From assembly GCA_963828395.1 (NCBI GenBank), contig CAWHED010000010.1:2355-66354 (forward strand): 64,000 bases of DNA, in the 5' to 3' direction. The DNA is from an uncultured Bacteroidales bacterium. Its GTDB lineage: Bacteria; Bacteroidota; Bacteroidia; Bacteroidales; VadinHA17. A model generated the notes under the pieces. That model did no database searches. It had not been told where the DNA came from and saw nothing but the letters and a program-made list of their open reading frames with translations. Shown here piece after piece: positions 1 through 10,373 of the stretch (within the stretch, counting starts at the first letter, position 1; every line of letters begins with the position of its first letter). A program made the position numbers and the translations under genes.

Positions 1-1
1 T

Positions 2-1450
2 ATTGTCGAAGCCAATGAGCGTGCTGTGGAGACCTACGGCTTCCCGCGCGATAAGCTCATCGGAATGAGTATGACCGATATACGGACACCTGAGGAAGTT
101 CCTATGCTTGCCAAACATGTCCAGGAGCTTAATAACAAAGGTTCATCTTATATAGAAACTGTTCACACACGAAGTGACGGGACGACATTTCCCATTGAGA
201 TCAGCGCCTATACCGTTGAGGTGGATGGTGCACGGTTCTATCAGAGCATCGGCCGTAATATCGCTGAACGCAAGCGTGCCGAGGAGGAGATGAAAGAGAG
301 CAACAAAAAACTGAGCACCATTATCAATAACCTCCGGGGTGTTGTATTCCGCTGTGACAATGATCCTGAATGGACCATGCAGTATATCAGCGACGGCATC
401 TATGAGCTTGCCGGTTATCTTCCCAACGAATTCATTGACAATAAGATAAGGTCATTCGCCTCCATCGTTGACCCTGAAGACAGGGAAAGGGTATGGAAAG
501 AGATCCATACTGCCCTCAGTACGGGTTATCTCTATACCATTGAATACCGTATCATAACTTCTGCAGGCCAGAAAAGATGGGTTTGGGAGAGAGGCCGCGG
601 CTATTATGAAAGCGACAAGCTGGTAGCCATGGAAGGCTTTATATCAGACATAACCGACAGGAAACGTATTGAGGAAGAGCTGATCAGGGCCAGGGATAAG
701 GCAGAACAGAGCGACAAGCTCAAGACAGCCTTCCTGCATAATATCTCGCATGAGATACGCACTCCCATGAACGCCATCGTGGGTTTCACAACACTGCTTG
801 ATTCACCTGACACTACAGACGAGAGCCGCAGACAATACATTGACATTATTTACCAGTCAAGCAACCAGCTTCTTTCAATCATAACGGATATCGTTGACAT
901 CTCCAATATTGAGACCGGACTGGTGAAAGTATCGCGCACCAACGTCAACCTTAATACCCTTATCAGGAATCTCTACGACCAGTACAGTATGCGCGCACAG
1001 CAGCAGGGGCTGGTATTGCAGTTCACATCCCATCTCGATGAAAGTCAGTCAAATGTTCTCACTGATGAGACCAAGATCATACAAATCTTCTCCAATCTTC
1101 TGAACAATGCTCTCAGGTTCACCCGCGAAGGAAGAATTGAGTTTGGCTATGTCCTCAGGGGAGAAACAGTGGAGTTCTTTGTAAGCGATACCGGGATAGG
1201 CATCGCTCCGGAGCACCAGGTAAAGGTCTTCGACCGCTTTTACCAGGTTGAAACTCCAAGCTCGAAACAGTTCAGCGGTACAGGCCTGGGGCTCTCGATC
1301 TCAAAAGCCTATGTGGAGCTCCTCGGCGGTTCAATATGGCTCATCTCGACACCCGGGGAAGGTTCACTTTTCTGCTTCTCAATACCTTATACCAAACCCC
1401 TGGAAGCCGAGCCTCCGAAGAAAAAAACTGTCCGTAAAACCAAAGCTTAA
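2..1450 (+). CDS. PAS-domain sensor histidine kinase, 5'-truncated by the window edge
   Basis: The frame stays open from nt 2, so the listed GTG at 26 is internal. There are two PAS-like modules followed by 'AERKRAEEE' and 'DITDRKRIEEEL' linkers. H-box '[14 protein letters not shown]'; ATP-lid motifs 'DTGIGI' and 'GTGLGLSISK'. Confidence 0.85.
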   Translation: MVEANERAVETYGFPRDKLIGMSMTDIRTPEEVPMLAKHVQELNNKGSSYIETVHTRSDGTTFPIEISAYTVEVDGARFYQSIGRNIAERKRAEEEMKESNKKLSTIINNLRGVVFRCDNDPEWTMQYISDGIYELAGYLPNEFIDNKIRSFASIVDPEDRERVWKEIHTALSTGYLYTIEYRIITSAGQKRWVWERGRGYYESDKLVAMEGFISDITDRKRIEEELIRARDKAEQSDKLKTAFLHNISHEIRTPMNAIVGFTTLLDSPDTTDESRRQYIDIIYQSSNQLLSIITDIVDISNIETGLVKVSRTNVNLNTLIRNLYDQYSMRAQQQGLVLQFTSHLDESQSNVLTDETKIIQIFSNLLNNALRFTREGRIEFGYVLRGETVEFFVSDTGIGIAPEHQVKVFDRFYQVETPSSKQFSGTGLGLSISKAYVELLGGSIWLISTPGEGSLFCFSIPYTKPLEAEPPKKKTVRKTKA

Positions 1451-1535
1451 TATTACCTGGGAAGGCTGACCAAAGGCCTGATGAAGGCATTAAATTCCCT
1501 AATCAGGTTTCAATTACTTCTGTGCTTTCCTGCAA

Positions 1536-3293
1536 CTACTTCTCCTTCTTCTTAATTTCTATTCCCAGCTCGTCAAGCTGCTCCTGCTTTATTGTCGAAG
1601 GGGTGTCGATCATAACATCACGTGCCTGGTTATTTTTCGGGAAGGCGATGAAGTCACGGATGGTATCCGAACCCCCCATTATCGCAGTCCACCTGTCAAA
1701 TCCAAAGGCGATTCCTCCATGCGGCGGAGCCCCAAACCTGAAGGCATTAAGAAGGAAGCCAAACTGTTTCCGGGCTTCTTCTTCAGTGAACCCGAGTGTT
1801 TTAAACATGAGAGACTGTGTTTCAGGATCATGTATACGGATCGATCCTCCGCCTATCTCAGTGCCGTTGATCACCAGGTCGTAAGCATTTGCATGCACCC
1901 TTGCCGGATCGCTCTCCATATACTGAAGATCTTCAGGCTTGGGAGCAGTGAATGGATGGTGCTTTGCATAAAACCGGCGTGTCTCCTCATCCCACTCCAG
2001 CAGCGGGAAGTCGGTTACCCACAGCGGAGCATATTCTGAAGCATCCCTGAAACCCATGCGACGACCCATTTCAAGGCGCAACTCTCCAAGGGCGGTGAGC
2101 GTCTTTTCCTTATCACCAGAAATAATCAATATAAGATCACCTGCCCCGGCCTGCATCATCCCGGCAAGACGCTTCAGGTCATCTGCATTATAGAACTTAT
2201 CAATTGAGGACTTCACTGACCCGTCAGTCTCCACGCGTGCATAGACAAGTCCCTTTGCCCCTATCTGCGGACGTTTGACATACTCAGTAAGTTCGTCGAG
2301 CTGCTTACGCGTATAGTTGGCACAACCTGGTGCACAAATACCGCCAATATATTCAGCGCTGTCAAAGACCGCAAAATTCCTTCCCCTTACTGCCTCAGTG
2401 ATTTCAGTTATGCACATTCCGAAACGTATGTCGGGTTTGTCCGAGCCATAGAGTTTCATCGCCTCGTCATAGGATATGCGCGGGAACGGGTCATTAAAAT
2501 CAATCCCTTTCATCTCATGGAACAAATGCCTGGCCAGGCCTTCAAAAGTATTCAGGATGTCTTCCTGGTGTATGAACGACATCTCGCAGTCTATCTGTGT
2601 GAATTCGGGCTGACGGTCAGCACGCAGATCCTCATCGCGGAAGCATTTTACTATCTGGAAATATTTGTCGAAACCGGCGATCATCAGCAGCTGCTTGAAT
2701 GTCTGAGGGCTCTGGGGAAGTGCATAAAACTCTCCGTGATGGAGTCGTGACGGAACAACGAAGTCGCGTGCACCCTCAGGGGTGGATTTGATCAGCACCG
2801 GCGTCTCAACCTCAATAAAACCCTGGCCATCGAGATACCGTCTGACCTCCTGTGCCATCCTGTGTCTCAGAATGATATTCGAACGCACATTCTGCCGGCG
2901 GAGATCAAGATACCGGTATTTCATACGCAGCTCATCACCCCCGTCAGTGTTTTCTTCAATTGTGAATGGAGGCAGGTCCGAGGTATTCAGCACCGTTATT
3001 TTTTCCACAATTATCTCGATGTCTCCCGTGGCAAGCTTAGGATTTTTATTGCTCCGTTCCTCCACCGTGCCGGTGACCTGTACAACGAACTCACGGCCAA
3101 GTTTCCTGGCCTGCATGCAGAGATCAGGATTGGATTCCATATTAAAGACCAGCTGTGTGATCCCATAACGGTCACGCAGGTCAATAAATGTCATTCCGCC
3201 CAGATCCCTTGAACGCTGAACCCATCCTGCCAAGGTAACTCTCTCCCCTTTATTGCTGATTATCAGCTCTCCGCATGTGTGTGTCCTATACAT
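1536..3293 (-). CDS. aspS: aspartate--tRNA ligase
   Basis: 585 aa with a typical bacterial AspRS layout: '[10 protein letters not shown]' N-terminus, '[24 protein letters not shown]', 'GGGSIRIH' and '[12 protein letters not shown]'. Confidence 0.97.
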   Translation of the reverse strand: MYRTHTCGELIISNKGERVTLAGWVQRSRDLGGMTFIDLRDRYGITQLVFNMESNPDLCMQARKLGREFVVQVTGTVEERSNKNPKLATGDIEIIVEKITVLNTSDLPPFTIEENTDGGDELRMKYRYLDLRRQNVRSNIILRHRMAQEVRRYLDGQGFIEVETPVLIKSTPEGARDFVVPSRLHHGEFYALPQSPQTFKQLLMIAGFDKYFQIVKCFRDEDLRADRQPEFTQIDCEMSFIHQEDILNTFEGLARHLFHEMKGIDFNDPFPRISYDEAMKLYGSDKPDIRFGMCITEITEAVRGRNFAVFDSAEYIGGICAPGCANYTRKQLDELTEYVKRPQIGAKGLVYARVETDGSVKSSIDKFYNADDLKRLAGMMQAGAGDLILIISGDKEKTLTALGELRLEMGRRMGFRDASEYAPLWVTDFPLLEWDEETRRFYAKHHPFTAPKPEDLQYMESDPARVHANAYDLVINGTEIGGGSIRIHDPETQSLMFKTLGFTEEEARKQFGFLLNAFRFGAPPHGGIAFGFDRWTAIMGGSDTIRDFIAFPKNNQARDVMIDTPSTIKQEQLDELGIEIKKKEK

Positions 3294-3413
3294 TTCATTT
3301 TTATTGTGGTAACAAAAATAAGAATTATTCCCGGTAATAAACGGTAATAACTTTCAGCAGCATTTTCATGTGTTTTTTTCTAAAATTGCAGAAATTCCGA
3401 CTTATTCCTTATA

Positions 3414-4269
3414 ATGGCCAACACCCTGAAAACAAAGACAGCAAGGCTTTCGGTGATGTCAAATACTTTGCTCATCGTCATGAAGCTTGTTGTCGGTCTG
3501 GTGACCAATTCGGTCAGTATCCTTTCAGAAGCCATTCACTCGGCGCTTGATCTTGTGGCAGCCATAATAGCCTTCTTTGCAGTAAGGATATCCGGTAATC
3601 CTGCAGACGAAAGACATCCCTATGGCCACGGTAAAACTGAAAACGTATCAGGTGTCATAGAGGCAGGACTTATTTTCATTGCATCGGCATGGATCATCTA
3701 CGAGGCGGTTCGCAAACTCATTCATCCTGAAGAGCCCAGTGTGCTGGGACTTGGAGTGCTCGTCATGGCTATTTCGGCTGTAGTGAACACTTTCGTCTCG
3801 CGCAGACTATACAAAGTAGCACGTATCACCGATTCTGTTGCCCTGGAAGCCGATGCCCTCCATCTCAAGACTGACGTCATCACCTCTGTTGGTGTCGCCA
3901 TTGGGCTGGCCCTTTTGTGGATCACCGGATGGCATATCCTTGACCCTATCATTGCCCTGGGAGTGGCAATGCTCATTATATATGAATCATGGATGCTCCT
4001 GAAAAAAGCTTTCTCGCCGCTTGCTTGACACTGCCATCTCGCCCGATGAGCTGAAAAGAGTGGAAGCCATCCTTAAAGATATGAATGCATCCTACCACAG
4101 TCTGCGTACACGTGCGGCCGGTCATCAGAGATTTGTCGAGTTCCACCTCGAGGTACCGGCCAACGAAACCATCGAGGTCATCCACAGGCAGTGTGACCGC
4201 ATAGAGGAGAGGCTCGAGGACGAATTCAGGGACATAAGTGTCGTCATACATCCTGAACCAAAAAGCTGA
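3414..4269 (+). pseudogene. cation diffusion facilitator (CDF) transporter, split by a 1-nt frame break
   Basis: ORFs 3414-4028 and 4021-4269 are two parts of one CDF protein. The first is the TM domain ('HPYGHGKTENVSG'). The second is the cytoplasmic C-terminal domain ('LRTRAAGHQRFVEFHLEVP'). Reading 'ccg ctt g ctt gac' shows a surplus base near 4019-4022 ('KKAFSPL|LDTAISPDE'). Confidence 0.8.
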
Positions 4270-4300
4270 TGCCGTGAAACCCGGAGATGATGAATATTTT

Positions 4301-4717
4301 ATGCAAATGGCGCTTGCCGAAGCGCAAAAGGCAGCTGACCGTGATGAAGTACCTGTAGGTGCAGTCATTGTAGCCGGGAAGGTCATCATTTCGCGTGCGC
4401 ATAACCTGACGGAAACGCTCAATGACCCGACAGCCCACGCTGAGATGCAGGCTATTACCGCCGCAGCATCGTACCTCGGGGGAAAATACCTGACTGATTG
4501 CACCATCTACGTTACCGTGGAACCCTGTATCATGTGCGCCGGTGCACTGGCATGGAGCCAGATTTCGGTAATAGTCTACGGCGCCTCTGATGAGAAGAAA
4601 GGATACACGACCACAGGTGTGCAGATCCTCCACCCGAAAACAGTGGTCCGCAGCGGAGTAATGGCAAAAGAGTGTTCACTGATGATGAAAAAGTTCTTCA
4701 GGAAAAAGAGAGAGTAA
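4301..4717 (+). CDS. tadA: tRNA-specific adenosine deaminase (CMP/dCMP deaminase fold)
   Basis: Zinc motifs 'HAEMQAI' and 'PCIMCAGAL'. The listed ORF starts at 4238, but the ATG at 4301 ('MQMALAEAQKA') avoids overlap with the CDF gene. Confidence 0.88.
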   Translation: MQMALAEAQKAADRDEVPVGAVIVAGKVIISRAHNLTETLNDPTAHAEMQAITAAASYLGGKYLTDCTIYVTVEPCIMCAGALAWSQISVIVYGASDEKKGYTTTGVQILHPKTVVRSGVMAKECSLMMKKFFRKKRE

Positions 4718-4778
4718 CCCTGATCATCACCTGGTTGATTTAAAAGAAATTTCTTAGATTTGTTTAAATGAAAAGATT

Positions 4779-5261
4779 ATGACTATCGATAACGGTCAGA
4801 AAATTGTGGCGTTCAGGCTGATTGGATTCATAGCAACCGTGATATATGTTTTATATGTCTTCATGGCATATTTCCCGAAGATCTTCCAGAATATAATGTC
4901 TGAGAACAATGTCCATATCATGACCGCCGCCATAACTGTAATTTATCTGCTTCTTATCTTCTATCCGGCTATAATGAAATTCAGATACATTTATTTCTCT
5001 GCTGATGAACGGGGTATCACTCTCAGATGGTACAAGACAGGCCTTATCCCGGGCGACAGCAAAAGCGTTGAGATCCCGGCATTACAATTTGCCGGCTACG
5101 AAATCACGACCGGGATGATGGGTATGCACCATTATCTCATTCTTTATCAAAGGGTACAGGGTCAGAAAGCCGGCTACAGCCCGGTAAGCATTACAGCTCT
5201 GTCAGCCATCCAGAGAGCAAAAATAGAAGAGGTTCTTAAAACCTATAAATCAGCAGGTTAA
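4779..5261 (+). CDS. hypothetical membrane protein
   Basis: 160-aa ORF with two hydrophobic helices followed by a soluble tail. I recognise no family. Confidence 0.5.
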   Translation: MTIDNGQKIVAFRLIGFIATVIYVLYVFMAYFPKIFQNIMSENNVHIMTAAITVIYLLLIFYPAIMKFRYIYFSADERGITLRWYKTGLIPGDSKSVEIPALQFAGYEITTGMMGMHHYLILYQRVQGQKAGYSPVSITALSAIQRAKIEEVLKTYKSAG

Positions 5262-5282
5262 TCCTGTAAGCTTAAAACATGA

Positions 5283-6707
<1,425 letters not shown>

Positions 6708-6728
6708 TAACCTGATCTGACATATTTA

Positions 6729-6773
6729 CACCGTGGCCCTCAAGCTTACACTGAGGGTTACGGTGTTTTTTTT
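6729..6773. terminator. hairpin plus T-run between convergent gdhA and dprA
   Basis: CACCGTgGCCCTCA (6729-6742) pairs with cTGAGGGttACGGTG (6751-6765) and is followed by TTTTTTTT. Confidence 0.6.
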
Positions 6774-7881
6774 ATCTGATTTTGTAAACACTGCCCGGGC
6801 ACGGCGTGATCAGCCCTGCCAGTTCCATCTGGAGCAACACTGTGGAAAGTTTGTATACAGGAATTCCCAGCGCCCGTGCCAGTGTGTCGATGGTCAGGTC
6901 GCCCTCTGACTTCAGCGCTTCATAGACTTTCTTCTCATTGTCTGTCATTGCCGGAAAGAGTTCCGGTTGCACTGTCGGTGCCGAAAATGCGGAGGGCTTC
7001 CAACCCAGCAGGTACTCAATATTCTCACAGTTTTCAACCAGCGCTGCCTTATTGCACCTTATGAGAGCATTGCATCCTGCAGACCACTCATCACCCGGGC
7101 GCCCTGGAACAGCCATGACATCGCGGTTATATGAGGCAGCGATATCTGCAGTTATCAATGCACCTCCCTTGATCCCGGATTCAATTATCAGCGTGGCATC
7201 AGAGATTCCTGCGATGATCCTGTTGCGTCTGATAAAATTATTCCTTTCGGGAAGGGTATCAGAAGAAAAATCAGTCAGATGCCCCCCCTTCTCAGGCATC
7301 GATCTGGCAACGCCGGCATGAATGGAAGGGTAGATCGTTTTAAGACCATGACCCAGAACTGCTATTGTGGGCAGGCCGTTTGCAAGTGCTGCCTTGTGCG
7401 CGGCGATATCAATCCCGTATGCCAGTCCGCTAATAATCAGCATTTCCGGAAAATGAACTGATAAGCCTGCAACAATTTTCTGGCAGAGTTCACGACCCCG
7501 TTGCGTTGCATTGCGGGTACCCACTATGCTTAAGATGTGTGATGCGTTGAGGTCGGCATTGCCTCTGAAATAAAAAGTGACAGGGGAATCTTCACACTGA
7601 CGAAGCCGGAAAGGGTAATCTTCATCGAGGTAGTGGAATACTTTGATACCTTGTTTTTCGACATAATCAGCCTCCCTGGCTGCCGCTTCAAGGTAATCAT
7701 GCCCGGCGACAGCTTTTGCCAGGGTCTCTCCCACACCGGGAATTTTTGTCAGGTTCCGGAATGGTTCACTGAAGACTGCCTCCACACTTCCGGAGTATGA
7801 GACAAGTTTTCGGGCGGTGATATCTCCCACACCCGGAATCATTCCGAGTGCAATCTTGTGCACAAGAGATGTTCGTGACAT
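6772..7881 (-). CDS. dprA: DNA-processing protein DprA (Smf)
   Basis: 369 aa; 'IVGTRNATQRGRE', 'ISGLAYGIDIAAHKAAL', 'TIAVLGHGL', and a C-terminal winged-helix-like tail. Confidence 0.9.
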   Translation of the reverse strand: MSRTSLVHKIALGMIPGVGDITARKLVSYSGSVEAVFSEPFRNLTKIPGVGETLAKAVAGHDYLEAAAREADYVEKQGIKVFHYLDEDYPFRLRQCEDSPVTFYFRGNADLNASHILSIVGTRNATQRGRELCQKIVAGLSVHFPEMLIISGLAYGIDIAAHKAALANGLPTIAVLGHGLKTIYPSIHAGVARSMPEKGGHLTDFSSDTLPERNNFIRRNRIIAGISDATLIIESGIKGGALITADIAASYNRDVMAVPGRPGDEWSAGCNALIRCNKAALVENCENIEYLLGWKPSAFSAPTVQPELFPAMTDNEKKVYEALKSEGDLTIDTLARALGIPVYKLSTVLLQMELAGLITPCPGSVYKIR

Positions 7882-7935
7882 AATAAAAGCGTTTGCGAGA
7901 CACTATAAAGGTAAAAAAAATAAGGCAAGAGGCAA

Positions 7936-8023
7936 TTGGCATCAGGCAATAGTGATACAAAATGAAAAATGGTTCAGCAATTGGCCTTAGCCATACTCGA
8001 CTATTGCCTATTGCCTAATGCCA
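7936..8023. repeat. 16-nt inverted repeat in the dprA/tatD divergent intergenic region
   Basis: TTGGCATCAGGCAATA (7936-7951) matches the reverse complement of TATTGCCTAATGCCAA (8008-8023) with 1 mismatch. The TATTGCC motif is also duplicated in tandem at 8002-8015. Confidence 0.5.
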
Positions 8024-8051
8024 ACTACCTGAAAAAAGCTAATTTTGCCAA

Positions 8052-8819
8052 ATGCAGATTGTTGATACTCATTGCCACATTTACCTGCCTGAGTTTGATG
8101 CTGACCGCGATGAGGTGGTCAAAAGATCAATTGCTGCGGGAGTACGGACCATCCTGATGCCCAACATTGACTCCTCTTCGGTGGCTCCAATGCTTGCTGT
8201 GGAAGAGAGCTTTCCGGGGATCTGTCTTCCGATGATGGCTCTGCATCCGACGTCTGTGAGGGAGAATTACCTGCAGGAGCTTGAAGAGGTTGAAGCGAGG
8301 CTTGCTGAACATAAATACTACGGTATTGGAGAGACCGGTATCGATCTTTACTGGGACAAGACCTTTATTGATGACCAGCTGATCTCCTTCAGGCGTCACC
8401 TTGAGCTTGCTGAGGATTACGATTTGCCTGTTGTAATACATGCACGCGAGTCACTTGATGTTATCATCCGCGAATTAAATGCCTTCGGTTCCGGTCGGGT
8501 CACAGGTGTTTTTCATGCTTTCCCGGGAAATGCAGAGGAAGCGAATCAGGTTATCGGGATGGGATTTCTGATCGGTATTGGCGGTGTGATCACCTTCCGG
8601 AACAGTCGTCTTGGCGAAGCGGCAATAGAGGCCGGTATAAATAAAATTGTCATTGAGACTGACGCTCCCTACCTGGCCCCGGTACCATACCGCGGGAAAA
8701 GGAATGAGAGCAGTCACCTGACACTGGTAATCGATAAGTTATCAGAGTTGCTGGCCATAAGTCCCGCAGAAGTTGCTGACAGATCTACTGCCAACGCAAA
8801 AAAACTCTTTAGAATTTAA
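8052..8819 (+). CDS. TatD-family metal-dependent hydrolase
   Basis: 255 aa; 'IVDTHCHI', 'GETGIDLYW', 'VIHARES', 'ETDAPYL'. Confidence 0.9.
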   Translation: MQIVDTHCHIYLPEFDADRDEVVKRSIAAGVRTILMPNIDSSSVAPMLAVEESFPGICLPMMALHPTSVRENYLQELEEVEARLAEHKYYGIGETGIDLYWDKTFIDDQLISFRRHLELAEDYDLPVVIHARESLDVIIRELNAFGSGRVTGVFHAFPGNAEEANQVIGMGFLIGIGGVITFRNSRLGEAAIEAGINKIVIETDAPYLAPVPYRGKRNESSHLTLVIDKLSELLAISPAEVADRSTANAKKLFRI

Positions 8820-8822
8820 TGG

Positions 8823-9851
8823 ATGGAAAAGAGCATATCAATTCTTATAATATATACCGGAGGCACCATAGGGATGGTCAATGACCCTGTGACAGGTACA
8901 CTTGTGCCCATCGACTTCAGGCATATTTCAGACCAGGTGCCGGAGCTGCAGCGGTTTGGATTTAACCTCGAGACCGTTACTTTCGATCCGGTGATTGACT
9001 CTTCGGATGTCAGTCCTGATACATGGATCAGAATTGCAAACACCATTTTCGAAGAATATGATCATTTTGACGGTTTCGTGGTGTTACACGGAACTGACAC
9101 CATGTCATATTCAGCCTCCGCCCTGAGCTTTATGCTCTCAGGTCTTGAGAAACCTGTCATCTTTACCGGTGCCCAGCTGCCGATCGGTGTGCTTCGTACC
9201 GACGGGAAGGAGAATCTGATCACTGCCATCGAGATTGCCGCTGCCTGTGAGAACGGGCTGCCGGTTGTACCTGAGGTTTGTATCTACTTCGAGAACAAAT
9301 TATTACGAGGCAACAGGACCATCAAGTTCAGCGCCGAACATTTTAATGCTTTCACTTCACCTAATCTGCCGGCACTGGCAGAGGCGGGTCTGCAGATACG
9401 CTATAACCGTAACCTGATAAGATATCCGACGGTAAGGCGTCCTCTGAAAGTCTCAGCTGAATTTGATACCGGTGTGGCAGTGCTGAGGCTCTTTCCGGGT
9501 ATCGGGCAGGGTGTTGTCTCGTCCATGCTCAGAACCAAGGGGTTGCATGGACTCATTCTTGAGACTTACGGTACCGGTAACGCGCCGACGCTGGGCTGGT
9601 TCCTCGGGGAGATCCGTTCATTCATAGCCGGAGGAGGTATTGTGCTTAATGTCACTCAATGTCTGGCCGGAAGTGTTGAGATGGGCTTGTATGAGACTTC
9701 CGCAGGACTGCGTACTGCAGGAGTTATCAGTGGCAGGGATATTACCGCCGAGGCTGCCGTGACGAAGATGATGATTCTTCTTGGCAGCTCATTGCCAAAA
9801 GCGAAAATCGAGACCCTGCTGTCGCAATCCCTCAGCGGTGAAATGAGCTGA
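8823..9851 (+). CDS. ansA: type I L-asparaginase
   Basis: 342 aa; 'IYTGGTIGM' active-site threonine motif, 'HGTDTM', 'TYGTGNAP'. Confidence 0.9.
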   Translation: MEKSISILIIYTGGTIGMVNDPVTGTLVPIDFRHISDQVPELQRFGFNLETVTFDPVIDSSDVSPDTWIRIANTIFEEYDHFDGFVVLHGTDTMSYSASALSFMLSGLEKPVIFTGAQLPIGVLRTDGKENLITAIEIAAACENGLPVVPEVCIYFENKLLRGNRTIKFSAEHFNAFTSPNLPALAEAGLQIRYNRNLIRYPTVRRPLKVSAEFDTGVAVLRLFPGIGQGVVSSMLRTKGLHGLILETYGTGNAPTLGWFLGEIRSFIAGGGIVLNVTQCLAGSVEMGLYETSAGLRTAGVISGRDITAEAAVTKMMILLGSSLPKAKIETLLSQSLSGEMS

Positions 9852-9986
9852 ACTTGCTGCTGTCGCAATCCCTCAGCGGTGAAATGAGCTGAACTTGCTG
9901 CTTCGCAATCCCTCAGCGGTGAAATGAGCTGAACTCGCTGCTGTCGCAATCCCTCAGCGGTGAAATGAGCTGAACTTGCTGCTGTC
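9816..9986 (+). repeat. 41-bp tandem repeat, 4 copies plus an 8-nt partial copy; copy 1 is the ansA 3' end including its stop codon
   Basis: The unit is CTGCTGTCGCAATCCCTCAGCGGTGAAATGAGCTGAACTTG. Copies lie at 9816-9856, 9857-9897, 9898-9937 (40 nt, 2 changes) and 9938-9978. A partial CTGCTGTC follows at 9979-9986. Confidence 0.95.
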
Positions 9987-10018
9987 ATCATTTTTTTTGT
10001 AAATTGCGCCGTTTTTCC

Positions 10019-10106
10019 GGAGAGATGCAGGAGTGGCTTAACTGGCACGCCTGGAAAGCGTGTGTACCTCAAAAGGGTACCGGGGGTTCGAATCCCTTTC
10101 TCTCCG
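10019..10106 (+). tRNA. tRNA-Ser (anticodon GGA), class II with a long variable arm
   Basis: Acceptor GGAGAGA/TCTCTCC. Anticodon arm CACGC-CTGGAAA-GCGTG. Variable arm GTACC..GGTAC. T-arm GGGGG-TTCGAAT-CCCTT. CCA is not encoded. Confidence 0.95.
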
Positions 10107-10298
10107 CAGACCATATCACTCCCGTCAGCCTTCTGGCTGACGGGTTTTTTATTTTACGGCGGACCGAACCGGGCTTGCCCGGGTGAGGGCTGACGGAAAA
10201 TAAAAATACTCATGTGCGCAGCACATGAGGGTGATATGGTCTGCAGGTTCCTCCCCCGGGGATCATGAACGAAGCGAATAATCCCCCTCTCTCCGCAA
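10106..10298. other. palindrome-dense segment bounded by 14-nt inverted repeats, followed by a degenerate copy of the tRNA-Ser 3' end
   Basis: GCAGACCATATCAC (10106-10119) is the reverse complement of GTGATATGGTCTGC (10231-10244). Internal palindromes are CCGGGCTTGCCCGG (10169-10182) and CTCATGTGC-GCA-GCACATGAG (10209-10229). CGAATAATCCCCCTCTCTCCGCA (about 10275-10298) resembles the tRNA 3' end TTCGAATCCCTTTCTCTCCGCA. Confidence 0.55.
10121..10150 (+). terminator. intrinsic terminator after tRNA-Ser
   Basis: CCCGTCAGCC-TTCT-GGCTGACGGG followed by TTTTTTATTTT. Confidence 0.7.
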
Positions 10299-10373
10299 CA
10301 GCATGACTGACCCTGCCAAATACCTTCAGCATTTCCATAATACATCATAGTCACTACATTCTTAAAACTTTCA

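Noticed and set aside
3976-4506. 176-aa minus-strand ORF
   Set aside because: It is antisense to the CDF C-terminal domain and tadA, both of which have clear family motifs on the plus strand.
9816-9986. CRISPR array
   Set aside because: The 41-bp units are directly contiguous with no spacers, and copy 1 is part of ansA. The same applies to the 12-bp array at 17111-17250. No cas genes are in the window.
9656-10114. 152-aa minus-strand ORF
   Set aside because: It runs antisense through the ansA 3' end, the 41-bp repeats (giving a repeated 'SSAHFTAEGLRQQ' peptide) and tRNA-Ser. It is an artefact of the repeat.
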